In this document: in pieces, positions 48,801 to 63,800 of the stretch
Numbering within the stretch: the first letter of the stretch is position 1
Layout of the letters: each line of letters opens with the position of its first letter
Assembly: GCA_950097015.1 (NCBI GenBank)
Contig: CATNEN010000034.1
Location: forward strand, 7,254,001 to 7,318,000
DNA: 64,000 bases
Direction: 5' to 3'
DNA from: Macrostomum hystrix
Lineage: Eukaryota; Animalia; Platyhelminthes
Position numbers and translations under genes: made by a program
The notes under the pieces: generated by a model
Seen by the model: only the letters and a program-made list of their open reading frames with translations
The model's database searches: none
Told to the model about the DNA's origin: nothing

Positions 48801-51800
48801 TGGCTGACGGCAGAGGCCAGGGCCTGTACGCTGCCATAATGGTGACCTCGGAGTGACTCCTTCATCCGCCCGAACAGTCAGTAGTCGCTCGGTGCTTGGT
48901 CTGGCGAGTAGGGTGGGTGCGGCTGCAGCTCGAAGCCCAGGCTGGAGATGGCAGCCATTGTTGCTAGGCTGGGGCCTGGCGTTGTCCTGCTGCAGCAGGA
49001 TCCCCTGGTCAGCTTGCCCCGGCGCTCAGTCTTGATGGCTTCACGCAATTTCTCCAGCACTTGGATGTATTAAGCACTGGTAATGGTAGTGCCACGTGGA
49101 AGCCAGTCGATGAGCAGGATGCCCTCCTTGTCCCAGAAGACGGTGGCCATCTCCAGCTCTCCAGCTGCCTTCCAGACGCTGCTCTGCATCTTGGACTCTG
49201 GCTCACGGTAATGAATCCACGACTTATCCCCAGTCACAATTCGATCCAAAAAGTTCGTGTCGTTGTGGTAGGCCAGGAGGAGCTGCTGGCATGCACGGAC
49301 CCGCTCGCGCTGCTGATCATCTGTCAGAAGCTTCGGGACCCAAAGAGCAACAACTCGCGACATCCCAAGCTTGGCCGTGAGAATTTCGCGCGGTGATCCG
49401 GCGGTCGACATCAAGTGCCTGACGCAAGCGCTCGATGTTGAACATGTTGACTGTGGTGGCTGGCCTTCCACTGCGTGGCAGATCTTCGACTGTCTCCCAG
49501 CCGTCCTCAAAGCGCCGCACCATCGACTTCGAGGGAGCATCTTCACATTTTGCTGCATGCAACTCGCGAACAATGTCGGCCTGTCGATTCCCCTCTTTCC
49601 ACAAGAACCAAATTATGCTTCGCTTCGCTTCTTCGTTTTTTCCATAGTGCCAAAAACAGTAGGAAAACCTAAATGACTGCTGTAAAAATAAGTGACTTTA
49701 CTGCCTTTCGTTTGAAAAAAAAATGGTTTGTCCACGAACTTTTGGAATAGCCCTCGTAAAAGCTGATTGGTTTTGTCTAAATCTCGAGATTTCAATGCAA
49801 CTTAGACAACGAGACACACAAATGTGATTGATTAACTTACAGTTTGAGTACAGCTGACATCTGACGTGTGGGCTGCCTGAGTTATTTTTTTCTATCATGT
49901 TACGACTCTGCATATTTGACTTTCCTATTTCAGATTTTCAACTGGAAAATTGGCTTGCTGTCTGTGTGACTCGTGTTAATTCTTCCTCACCGAACTATTC
50001 CTACGCACGGTTTACGCGTCTGCGTCTCCATCACCTGTCTATTTTGTCTCTCTTTTGTCTTTTGTGTGCACGTTTTTTATACTTAACAGATTTCCACGGA
50101 AGGATCTCAGTCTTTCACTCTCTCACTTTCTCACTCTCTCACGCTCTCACTCTCTCTGACTCTTTCTCAATCTCAGACTATCTAAAGTACAGGCATCTGC
50201 GCACTTGTTTCTTATTCGTTTGACCTAGCACTAGTGTTCATTGTCTGCAGCAGAGCACAGCCTTTAATTGCACATGTATTTAGAGTTGCACGAATTGCAT
50301 ACAGAGGTCTCACGTAAATTTTACTAAATCCAAGAAATATTAAAAGAAAAAACTTTGTAAAATTGAATTATTTAACTCGAAACTATTATAAAACTAGAAT
50401 GCGTCGGTTATTCTTCTGACGAAAATTTTTTCCCACAGCTGAAGGAGCTGCATCACAAGGAATCTGCTCTGTCCAGGACTAACTCTGAGGAGACTGAGGA
50501 GCTCAGGAAGATTAAAAAGGTAATTACTGCTCCAATGAGCCGATCTCCTGGGGGGAGAGAATGGGCAAGTCTGCAGCTGACACTTCTCCCGTACGATAAG
50601 ACAGATTTTGGGCGATTCGGCGGGGGGGAGAATAAATGGACAATCTTTTATCCCTTTCCCCAAGCTTTCTCAATTTTTCCCCGCCATTCAAACACGTCAT
50701 GTCCCCCCGGCAACAAGCACCTCTGCTCCCATTGCTCCCCTCCAAATTTCAGGTCAGTCAATCCTTCTAGAGAACAGAATTGCTTGTCGTAAGAATTTAT
50801 TTTATATCTACGCATATGTACTTTTGCAAAGCAAATCATATTTAACTCGCTAACGTGCGCAAACTTCGCTCACTTGCACTTTCGTATTTAGACTGCTTCA
50901 GCAGGTCAAGCTTATTCTCAATATTCTATTAATAAGCAAAGCTTATACTAAATTTAGTTCTTGCCCACAATTTCTGTACTAATTCGATTTTCAAACAAAA
51001 ATTTCAAGCTTATTCTGAATAAGTTAGTCTCATTTGCTAGAACTCCAAGCTATTCAGCCACAACAGAAATCTAAGAATTCTATAAATAATGAACTTATTT
51101 TCTACAGTCCTCACGGCTGTTAATTAAATTGCCTATAGGGGCAGCCTTTCCCTGAGCCTAGTCTGGTCCTAGCTCGTTGTCAACATCCGCGATGCTGCTA
51201 ACTGATGCTGCCAATTTTTTCTCTTCTGTCGCTTCTTATCTGATTCTGCTTTGATTGAAATTTATGGATGGCAATTGAGCCTAATTTCTGTTTGTGAAGA
51301 TCGCCCTGCGTAACAAAATTATCTATTCTAGTCATTTTCAAGCATTATTCACGTCCTTAAAATGACAATTAAGAGCAGAAGTTTTCGGATGCTTGAGAGT
51401 GCCAAGTTGTCACTCAGAATTTCGTTTCTTAATTAGAAAACATAATACCAGAGAAGACTGCTGTAACGATAAGAAAAATAAGAAACGACATCAGCGATGA
51501 ATTTGCTAAAAATAACTTCCCAACGATGTCAAATTTCTGACTATGACGTCGCTGACTAAGAAGCTAAAAATAGGTTCCGATTAAATGACGTCATTGATAA
51601 GAAAAGCTAAAAATAGAAAAATCGCTGCCCAAGCCTGGCATCCGATTAGATGACGTTATCAATAATTAGAGCTAAAAATAGAAAAATCGCTGCCCAAGCC
51701 TGGCATCCGATTAGATGACGTTATCAATAATTAGAGCTAAAAGTAGAACAATCGCTGCCCAAGCCGGGCATCCCGCCGGAACTATTTGTATTCTGGTAAA

Positions 51801-54800
51801 GTGCAGATTTCACAGGTTCAATCCTTCTTCCGCGGCTGGCTCTGCCGGCGGCGGTGGAAGAACATTGTGGAAGAGTACATCAAATCCGAGCACGCTGAGC
51901 ACATGCGCAAACGGAATAACATCGTGTTCGGCCTAGTCGAATGCGAGGAGGAATACGTTCAGCAGATCACCATCCTGGTGTCCTGCTTCCTGCGCCCCTG
52001 TCGGATGGCTGCCTCAGCCAAGAAGCCAATCATCACTCACGAGGATGTGAACTCAATTTTCCTCAACGCGTGAGTTGGAATTCGGAAGCAAATTTTATAC
52101 AACCCCTATTAAAAGTATGCAATCGCACTCAATATATATATTTCTAACTCTGTCTCTCTCTGGCCGCCGTATCTTCACTGAGTGCAGATAATCACGAGAA
52201 TGGTGTTTTCGCCAGAAAAACTCATTTTTGAGAAAAGTCCCAGCTTAATATACTTGAGTTATGTGGCTTAATATGCTTCCATTGGCATAAGGTTATTACC
52301 TACTGAACGGACTACAGTCATCACGGAACACTTACCATTCCCAAAAGTGCGACAGCATTTCATATGGGCTCGACAGCTCAAATATTGAGTAAATAGGAAG
52401 TTTGGAGGGAAAATCTCTCACCAGCTTGGGCTTGCAGCGATTTCCAGTACTGAAAGCCTTCGAGACAAACATTAATCTCGGAATCTGCCGTGCCTGACTC
52501 TGGTGTCACTCACTCTTGGATAGTAGAAGCTTATGCATACGGTTTGGCAAACACTATTTTCAATGTAAAGAATAATATATCTGGTCAAGAGAAACATTGT
52601 ATTAGCTCGTACATTCTTGGAATTCTCACCGGCTTTAGCTTTTTTAAGACAATTTTAGCCCATTGGTTAGAGCTTTGGACTTGCATCTAAAAGGTCGTCG
52701 GGAGAAAGGTGATTCTGGGGCTTTGGACCACTGGAAAAGCTCACCAACTCCAGTGCCAATGAGGCAGTACTGTTTCATCTTCTACTATAATTAGTCAGGA
52801 TTCCATCCGACTGATTTTAAAATTCTGGATCCGCTTCTGCTGAGAAATTCCATGAAGAAACTTTGCATCGTCGTCCCGCAGAGAGACGCTGCTGTTTTTG
52901 CACCAGATCTTTCTGCAGGGCCTGAACAGCAAGATGGACAACTGGCCGACGCTGCAGCTTGGCGACCTGTTCGACATGCTGCTACCGATGCTGGGAATCT
53001 ACCAGGAGTACGTGCGCAACCACCACTACAGCCTGCAGGTGCTGGCCGAGTACAAGCAGAAGCCGGAGTTCACCGGCCTCCTCAAGCGCTACGAGGATAA
53101 GTCGGTGTGCGAGGGTCGCAGCATGGAGACCTTCTTAACTTACCCGATGCACCAGATCCCGAGGTACATCGTGACGCTACACGAACTGTTGGCCCACACA
53201 CCACACGATCACGTAGACAGGCAGCAGTTGGAGTTTGCCAAGAGCAAGCTTGAGGATCTGTCCCATGTGAGTGGCGAAAGGTTGCAAAAATATTTCAAAC
53301 ACAGGTCCTGAGAATGCAAGGAGTTATTAGTACAGGGGATAATAGTAATTGCACGAGGGCTGCTGGCAATGGCACATCATTTGGTGACACTCGATCCGCA
53401 GCCAGCGAGGAGGCAATTCTGCTCATTTCGCTGACTCCTGAGCACACAAGCACACAGAAACCATACGCATTCATACGCTCACACAGGTGTGTACATCTGC
53501 CCTGGCTTTCTCATCTTCAGGCAGTGTACACTCTCACTGTGCCTTGAAGGTTTGCCCTCAAGGACGTAAATTGTGCGACAAGAGTCCAAGCCTTCTTTCC
53601 GCGGCTACACTGCAAATAAATGTGACCTCGCCGCAGGTGCGAGAGGCAAACGCGTTAACCGCTCTGGCACGGACCCCCTTGAACAGGGGGTATTACTCTC
53701 ACAATACGAAGGGACTTATTTGAAGTCGTCTTATGTAAAAATATTATGTTGTGCCACCTGAATTATTGCGTAATATCAAATCAATGAACAAAGTAGGGAC
53801 GTCATCGAGTAGAATGTGCTACAGAGCTACATTTATAAAATACAACATTGACAAATACGAGGGTATCATCTCAAGCATGCAAAAATATAACGGCAGGAGT
53901 CTTATTTATTCATTCAAATTATCTGTCATCCAGGCAATGCACGACGAAGTCTCCGAGACTGAGAACATTCGCAAAAACCTGGCCATCGAGCGCATGATAG
54001 TCGAAGGCTGCGACATCCTACTCGACGTCAACCAGATCTTCGTTCGCCAGGGCTGCTTGACCCAGGTGCCGGCGAGCTCCGAGAAGGGTCGCCACGGCAG
54101 CAGGCCCCGGTTGGGCTCGTTCAGCTCCACGTTCAACAAGGAGTCACGCAAGGAAGCTGTACGCCAAGTGTTTCTGTTCACAAATCACCTAATACTGACC
54201 ACTCGGGCGACAAATGGTCGGTTGCACCTTGTCAAGGTTGGTTGGCTCCCTGATTGGCTCATCTATCGACTTGATACCAGAAATTAATCAGAGTGAAGAG
54301 GTTACCCAGCCGAGGTGCTAGACAAGGGATGCCATACAGAGGTGTCAGACTAGGATACATTGCAGAGGTGTCAGACTAGGATACCATGCAGAGGTGTCAG
54401 ACTAGGATACCATGCAGAGGTGTCAGACTAGGATACCATGCAGATGTATCAGACTAGGGATACCATGCAGAGGTGTCAGACTAGGATACCATGCAGAGGT
54501 GTCAGACTAGGATACCATGCAGAGGTGTCAGACTAGGGATACCATGCAGATGTGTCAGACTAGGATACCATGCAGAGGTGTCAGACTAGGGATACCATGC
54601 AGATGTGTCAGACTAGGGATACCATTTAGAGGTGTCAGACTAGGCATACCATCTAGTCTAGGGATACGAGTACCAGAGGAGTCAGATTTCGAAGTCAGAG
54701 GTGATGTACAAAGGAAATATTTTGTGCAGCCCTAGTGACAAACTTTCACATGAATGTTTTTATTAACTTTTCTATTCAAACTTTGTGAGACTTCTCGCAA

Positions 54801-57795
54801 TGGCTTGATTGTAAAATAAGTTAGTCAAATATTTAATCTGGCGCCTGTCGGGCTAGACTGCTGAGGCGGGTCTCTAGGAGGGCTGTGTTGACTAACTAAC
54901 CTCGACGGGCCTAGATATCACTGGTAATATTGCTATAGTTTATACACAATCATTACAAACACGCACTTGCTTTCTTTACATCGCTTTGTCATCAGAATTA
55001 TGGCAAGATTTCTTTGGCCGACTGCACACTTGCCGAGGACGCCTCGTCGGACTTTTTCTACTACGAAGATGACGGTGAGAAAAAATTAAACAATTTTATG
55101 CGGCCGGTATTAGTCCAGAAGAAACAGGTTAAAGATTGAACATTTTAGGTAATAGATCAGATACCAGAGCTCGCTTGTTGAGAACCACTCAACCCTATGC
55201 AAAGTGTCAGTGTAGTCCACTGGATGTGTCAAAGTAGTCCACTGGATCATGTGTCAGAGTAGACACTGGATCGTGTGTCAGAGTAGACACTGGATCATGT
55301 GTCAGAGTAGACACTGGATCATGTGTCAGAGTAGACACTGGATCATGTGTCAGAGTAGACACTGGATCATGTGTCAGAGTAGACACTGGATCGTGTGTCA
55401 GAGTAGACACTGGATCATGTGTCAGAGTAGACACTGGATCGTGTGTCAGAGTAGACACTGGATCATGTGTCAGAGTAGACACTGGATCATGTGTCAGAGT
55501 AGTTACTGTTTTCGAGTTCAGAGTTGTCACGTTGATGGTTGATGTACGAGCTATCAGAGCAGTCACTAGCAGAATCTAGTAATGTATTAGCCATGGGGTC
55601 GGAGGTTCGAGTTCCACAGTGAATTCACACAGAAGTCCCTGCCCGCAATCCAGACCAGAGCGCCCAGGTGAACCTACTCAGCGTTGAGGCTGGCCAGACG
55701 AGACCAGACCAAAGGATGCCGGACTACAGCGGCTTGGATTTTCGCCTCATCCTTGACGTGAAGTCGGGACCACCCGTCACGGTGATTCTGGTAGCGAATT
55801 CGGCGCAGGAGAAGGCCGCGTGGTGCTCGGACATCAACCAGGTGAGTTGACCTCACTGCTGCTCGTAAAAATATTCATTGGGGCTGAGGATATCGAGTAG
55901 CTGGGATATCGCCGAAAACAAAGTTTTGAGAAAGTTTTCGAAGTTGATCGGCTCTCGAAGACGCAATTTTTGTTTAGACTGACTGGTAATAGGAATTCTC
56001 AGATAGATTAATAATCGTTCTTGGGATATAACTCCCTCCCTATGCAGCATAAGCATAGCTCGAGTGTTTCTGCTGAGCTGTCTTTTGAGTTAATTGGGAC
56101 AGAATTACAAGGAGATGTCAAAGCTACATTAGGGAGGCCCGGCCTGTTTGTCTTTAATAGTGCGTCAATGTTTCATATAGCGAAGAATTGTAATTAAGAA
56201 GGATAATATGTATGGCAACAGACAGACCGCCTGTGTTGATAGTCCCTTATCAAATGCGAGCTGCACTGTAGCTAAATTTCAAAGAGGCTGTCCCACGTCT
56301 GTTCTTTCTTGAAAGAGTAGCACTGACAGTACAAAGCACTAAGAGCACCAACGACAGATTCGACAATTCATTTTTTCACCATCTCTCTCTCTAGTGCATC
56401 GAGCAGATTCACTATAGCGACTTGTTGAATAGCTCACTGGCAGAGACCAGCCTGGTGTCAATGCCGCATACCATTCGGTGAGTTAAAACTATTTAACTGC
56501 TTTGTTGGAAGACAACTACTTTTAGTAGCATTACATTGTGTGTATGACTTTCAATGCTTCATTATTCTGAATTCCATCAATGACGACTTGTGTGAATGAA
56601 ATAGAGATGAAATGAAATGATATTGGAGATGAGATTGAGTGGTAAGACTGAAGAGGGCCAGATCCAGGGATAAGATTGAGGGTTGAAATTAAGAAGTTGA
56701 GACTGAGGGGATAATATTGAGGTTTGAGATTGAGGGTATGTAGTTAAGAGTTGAGATTAAGTGGGATGAGATTTAGGGTTGAGATTAACAAATGTGTCAT
56801 TATTGATGAATTAGAGTGTGCATGCATGAAATCCGTCAATAGCTAACAGATCTAGTAAAAAATTGCAGTAATAAAGTTCAAATGAAGTACTACAGACGTA
56901 AACGTGGATTCGTGTTTTTTGGCTTTATTACTTTTTTGTCAGTTCATTTTAAAAGCGATGATTTTCAGATCCAAAAGTACATTTCCTCGAGTAAAGTAAG
57001 AAAGCCCGTGTGTTTTATTGCGTTCCGTAAGCATTGAAAACAATATGCAAAACTGAGCACAGCAAATTCGCAATAAAGCTTTGTGAAAGCGATTCTACAA
57101 ATTTGTAATTCAGAAAGCTTTATTCTGACATTGTATGCTCGAAAAGCAATCACAGCTAACAAACAAGGCCATAAATATGTGCACCGCTTACTTATTTATT
57201 GAAAAGAAGTAGTCTGCATCGTTTTTTAATAACAATTTGATTTCCATGCTTTTTTAACTGAGGTATGCAACTCAAACAAACGCCTACAAACAAACTGACA
57301 ATTTTTTTCGAAATTCAACAGGTCTGACCCAAAACTATTTCGAGACGATGTCGACATTAAATTTAGCCGGACGCTAAACTCCTGCAAGGTGCCGCAGGTG
57401 AGAATGAGGCAGCTATTCCCGGAATCCCGATCCCAGAATCCCTAAGCAGAAATCCCCATCCCGGAATCCGTATCCTGAAATCCCAATCCTGATATCCGTA
57501 TCCCGAAATCACCATCCCGGAATGCCTATCCTGAAATCTTCGACATGGAAACCCTTCCCAGAATCCCAATCGCGGAAACCCTTTTTAGAATATCTATCCA
57601 GCAAACATTATCCCGCAACTAGTAAGTAAGAAGACTGCAGTCTTTTACGTGGGGGCGAACAGCCTAGAACTCGTGGGGGTAGAGGCAAGGTAATGGTGCA
57701 GCCTAAATTTAGAATAGTTTTGTATTGACTTTGGGGGGTGTGGTTCCCGCCCCGCGTTGCCGCTTTCCTGCTTCGCTCTCCCAGCTCCCGCTCCG

Positions 57796-57826
<31 letters not shown>

Positions 57827-60800
57827 TTAAAGAACAAAGAGCAGACAATAAACTTGCTTACATTGTTATCTATTTATTATAAGCTTTGGCAATTGGTACA
57901 ACCAAAGATAAAATATAGAAAAACGATGTTGCAAAGGCAAGTTGCAACATAAATGCAATGCTCCAGCAAAATACAAAACACACAGACAAACACATTAAAC
58001 AGTCAAAGAAGCAGTAAGTAAAATGCAACACTTACAAGTAACATGGATGCCATTGATCAGCATACATTAAGATGCAGAAAAAAATAATTGGAAACATACA
58101 TTACTTTGAAAACTTAAAACATTGAGGCAAAAAGTTGAACACTTTATTTATATGATACAAACATGTAGAAATCAGAATATGTTTATATATTTATATCATA
58201 ACTTTATAGATATAGTCGGCTTGCATGATGCATCTCTCATGGTGTTGCAGGCTGCCATTATAAGAATGGAATGGGTGGAATTAATGAATGGAATGGGTGG
58301 ATTTTTCCACTTTTCACTTGTCATTTATCTGAGTGAACATATTTCGCCAATGTAAAAGTGATCTTGTTTAATGCAGTTAAGCATTACCCTAATTAAATGT
58401 GTACAGGATCAAATATGGGTAATAAGCAAAGATACAATTAGCAGATATGAAAAAGTAACTAAATAAAAATAATTGCACCGCGAGATTGGATTTTGAGTTC
58501 GAGGCGACCGCGTTCCAGCAACAATGTAGATATAATACGTTTAATCAACAAATACTCGTGCGCTAAAAGCGAATACAACATAAAGGGATTTCTACTCACT
58601 GCTATATTCTTTCCTGCATTTAGATGCACAAAAATGCACAAACTGAATATGCACTTGTTTTAATAAAAGCTATTCAAAAATCTCGACGCAAGCATTTTCT
58701 GCAAGGCGGTCGGTTTATCAATGAAAAAACTAAAAAAGTAGCAATCATTTAGGATTTAATCATCAAAATGAAAACCGTTTGCCAAACAGGAAGCAACCAC
58801 AAAAAGTTTAACTACCACAGATACTGTTTATCATCATCGGAACTTGCAAAATCTTTCAATAGAAAATAACGGATGCTTCAAAAATGATAGTGTCCAAAAT
58901 TTGTACCCCTTACCTTCATGTACTCAATAGGATCCAGACACGACACACGTTAACCAATCTAGCCGTGTGACATGTCGTTGGAATTTAGACAACATTCCGC
59001 GTCGATTGAAGCCATCCGCGCTCAAATCCATCAGGAATTCGCAGACTTATACACAAAAGTACACACAAATATGCACAATGTACACGCTGTGCATAATTAC
59101 ATTTTCAGGTACTAATCCTAAAAGGTAATACGTGTAGCGACGGCAGTATTTTTCCCATATACCCACATGGGATGTGCATCTTTCAATACCAAGCTCAAGG
59201 AGTATTACGCCATTTTCGCCTCCAGCCGTAGGTTTGAGCACAGCAAGGTCTGCACCGGTCCCGAACCCGACCTTTCCCCAGTCTGGGTGGACTTTCTCAG
59301 CCCGGGTAGGGCCGAAAGGTGCGCGCAATATCTTGTTAGACGCAAAACAATATTTCCAGTAGATGGACGCATCATTCGACAAATTAGGAGCCGGATTTCG
59401 CAAAATGCGCGCGTCAAAAGGAGAAAAATACCAATTTTTCACTAAAGTGCATGTGCACTATTATGTAATTTTAGTACACTTGCGATGTACTTTTATCAAC
59501 GCCGACTCAGTATGTCATGTGCCCTAATGTTGTGCACACTACATTGCTTGCGGCTAAGCTGTCCGACTGTTTGTCTTCGAAAAAAAATTTTTGACTCCAC
59601 CAAGGTCGGCATGCATTTTCGAGAAAACGGCAAAAATGCACGTTTTGCACTGCATTTCCAAGTACTGCTTGATAACCGTGCATCGCATAGAGTCGCCTTG
59701 CATAGCGTCGTGTAGCAGGCATTCGTGCCGAATTTTTGACACCACTTGCGCAGTGCAACTACCTGCCATTCAGCTGCAGTATCGTGCAGCACGCAAGTGT
59801 AAAATCTGGCTGCGCCAGATTTTACACTTGCTTCATCAGATATCAGGCGCGCGGTACACTCGCAGTCCGTTGAGTCACACCTCGCTGGAAAGAACTCACC
59901 GAGTAGAAAAAAACGACACCACCCGCGTGACAATCGATTCAGCCCTTGGGGAGCTGCGCTGGAAAATGTAACCCAAAAAGCAGTACCAAAAAGTATGTTT
60001 TTTGCATTTTTACCATAAACTATGAGGAAATTGAAAAATCGCTTTCCTGCCTCGCCTGGGCCAGGCCTGCCCGCAACTTTTGTGTCTCAACTTTTCTCCG
60101 TGCCAGAAAAAATGTGCGCTGGAAATTAGTTTGCGTAAAATGAAAAATGGGCAGTTTCCCAAAAAATGGGTAGTTTTCCGTGACGGGTTGCCATGACAAC
60201 CAACCGCCATAAATCGGATAACCCTATAAGTTACCTACCCAACGACACCACCCGCGAGGCAAACGGTTGAGGCAGTTTCAAATGGCGCCCAATATACCTT
60301 GAAAATGCGTGATTTTCGAGGTGTTTTCTATCTCACTACGTACGCTGGATCTTAGGTGGGGCTCACTCCGATTTCGCCCCTCGGCCCCTGCCGGGGCCTC
60401 GGTGCTCGGCGCTTCGCGCCTCGCGGCTCAATACTACGTTCGCCCCCAATAACTATCCGGGAATTACATTCCCGGAAACTTTATACTCGAATCCTTATCC
60501 CCAAACCAATGTGCTCGAATACCGATCCTAAAATCCTCACATCCTGTGACCCTAAGATGTATTCTGAGATTACTTCTGTAGTTTTTACTACTAGATTGCA
60601 GATCTCTTGATTTAAGTAATAGGACAACAATTAGTAGATCTCAGTCTCTTGATCCAGATCCTCAGATGGCAGTCTTTAGATCAACAATGTCAGGATTTCT
60701 GTCTCCCAAAAACCTGACAAAAGGATCACGCTCCGCAGATCCGCCACGCATCGGTTGAGCGACTTCTCGACCGCCTAACTGATCTCCGCTTTCTCAGCAT

Positions 60801-63800
60801 CGACTTTCTTAACACCTTCCTGCTCACCTATCGAGTGTTTACGGAGCCCAAGACGGTCATCAACGCTTTGAAGCGCATTCTCAGCAACCCAGAATATGGC
60901 AATTTAGATCCTAGGCCCAGCATCTGCGTCCAAAGGTGAGTGATAATCGGATTGAAATAGATGATTCAGAGCAATGCGACTACTTGTACCAACCATCCAT
61001 CATCTCGCAGCTCCCTGGAGTCGGACGCTCCCGGCGGCAATTTCCAGGGCACAGCTGGCGGCTTTCTGCACGTGAATCCTCAGCTAGACAAGCTGCGCAG
61101 AATCAGCACCGGCATGATGCGCCTCGAGACCGGCGACAACCCCGAGCTCGCCCGAGGATCTGGCAGCGGCAGCGCCATTGGCGGTGGCGTAGCAGGCGGA
61201 GGCAGCGGCGCAACTGGCGCAGGTGGCGGCGCCGGAGTCAGCGGCATCAGCGGTGGCGCCGTCGGCAGTGTCGGTGATCCGTGCGCCGCGCCCCACCGAA
61301 CTGGCAGCCTGGACGCCGGCGCCTGCGAGAGGCTCGCATCCCATCACCACCATCTGCCCACCTATAACGTTCAGGGCGGCCGGTTGCTGCCGCCGATGAC
61401 TGGAACTCCGGGCTACTCAGGCGCTACGGCCGGCGATCCGGCCGCTGATCCGCCAGAGATTCTGCGCGAATTGTCGGAGATTACCGCGGTGGCCAAGGCG
61501 GCGGCTAAGGCAGCTGCTAAGGTAAAAGTAAAAACTCAGTGCGCTAGCGCAGTGAAGCCCGAGACTCCGTCGTCGCCACCGAAAACTCCTCCGATTCGAA
61601 TGGCGCCGATAGCGTCCTGCGAGACCATTCTGGACGAATTCACAAGAAGCAGCGTCAGCGATGACAGCGACAGTGAAACGGCTGCCTCTGTTAGCAAGCC
61701 AGCCGCTGCTGTCACAATTCGACGCGTTCGAATCTCTGGCGTTACGGAGACCGAGGTGCGTGACTCAAGCCCGCCACGGTCGCTTTCTCCGCAGCCTCCA
61801 CTTCTGCCGCCATCGCCTCAGCGTCAGTCAATGACGCCGTCGGCTTCTCCGACTCTACGCAGGCCGACGAAATTCGACGTGCCGTCGATGCGCATCCCGG
61901 AGAGCCAGCTGCTGGACCATACTTCGCTGTCGCCTGGCGGTTCGCCACAGCCAAAGCACCGACTGGCCAGTCCGTGTCACAGTCCCAGCCACGCCAGGCG
62001 GGCCACCTCGCCGACGGTGACAGAGCGTGGCGGTGGCGTCGGGGCGGCGACAACCAGTACTCCATCGAGGCTAGGCGGCGCAGCGTCACCGATCTCGCAC
62101 AGCGCCAGCTCGCCCACTGTGAATCAGTCGCCATTTCGAGGCTCAGTTGTTTCCGGTGAGTTTCGTCTTTTCGGTCCGAAGACCTAGAGAATTTTGTGAA
62201 AGCGAAGCCGTTGCGTCCCTGAGGTAACCAATCTCCCAATCTATGGAAACGAACACAGGTTCCCTTAGAATAAAAATAAAACTTTCCCCACAAAATGTAT
62301 CACCAACAAAGGTTCAACTGGTCCACTGAAACGGACTTCCTGCGCTGCCGACTCAACGGCTGGCGACAACGGAGCTGGCGGTGCTATGAGCAGTGGACGG
62401 CCGAGCTTGGCCCGCTCCTCTGATGTAGACTCGCCGCCCTGCCGCGCCAAGGCTGGCGCTGTCGTCACATCGTCTAGGGCGTCCAAGAGACGGTAAAGCT
62501 AATAGAGACGGCATTTATCTTTCAGTAAGTTTCCATTTGAAGTGCAAGCTTAGAGTAAGTCGCACAAAAACTTATCCTTCAGGTCCAGCAACACGGCAGC
62601 CGCCTTGGCGTTCGCAGCCGCCACCGCGGGAGCATCCAGCCTGCCAAAGTCCAGCGTTCGAATCGCTGTGCAAGAACAGGACCAGGATCTGCCACAGCAG
62701 CAGCCGATGATGCAGCACAGGCCGAGTGAAAGCAGCAGCATCCTCGTGAAGCGGCTGAGCATCATTTGCACCGCAGCCACCATGCGAGTGCTGAACGTTG
62801 TGCGTCACTGGGTGTACAAGTTCGGCGAAGACATCGAGTCGGATCCTGCCCTGAGAGCGGACATGATCGACCTGCTAGAGGATCTGGTCTGCAACCAGAA
62901 CCTCTTTCCGCCTGATCACAAGGCCGCCCTGCAGATTCTGCTGCGATTGCGCAACGAGACGCTAACAGAGGACAGCACTGATCTGAGCAGATTTCTCACA
63001 CCCGCCTGGCAGCCATCGTTTGAGTCCTTTGAAACTCTCTCGGCTTTGGATATCGCCGAGCAGATCACTCTGATTGATCACAAGATTTTTAAGGCAATGA
63101 AAAGCGCGTAAGTTTAAAAAGCTGTTTAATTTGTTGGTTGGCTAATATAGGCGTACCGGTATCACTTTGATTGAGATCTGCCTAGTTGTATATAAACAAG
63201 CAACCAAGCCTTCTCTTGGTTGCTAAGAGAAAGCAACCAAACATAAATGTGACTTTGCCGCAGATTCGAGCTGAGGAATCTGGAATCGTGGTGCGAGAGT
63301 TGGACCCGCAGTTGCTCCACCACTACCACCCCCACGTCTCATAAATTGTTGTTCGCAGACACGTTAATTTTTTGAGCCAAGTGAGGCCTTGAATCGTACT
63401 CATATTTCTTCTCTCCTACCTGCTCAAAGCGAGCTGATCACCCAGACCTGGATGAAGAAGAACCCAGCTGACAGGGCCTCCTCGACTGTGCTGCTAATCA
63501 GCAAGCGATTCAACGAAGTCAGCTGCCTCGTGATATCAGAGATCGTCTCAAACAAGGATATCGACAAGCGAGTGGCCTGCATCGAGAAGTGGGCAGCCAT
63601 CGCAGACATCTGTCGCTGTCTGCACAACTACAATGGCGTACTGCAGATATGCGCCGCCTTTGTCAACTCGTCTGTGTTCCGTCTAAAGAAGACCTGGGAG
63701 CGGCTGTCGAAGTCCACCAGACAGATGATTGACAGGCTGCAGCAGTTGGTATCGTCCGATGGTCGTTTCAAGAACATGCGCGCTGCGTTGCACAAGTGAG

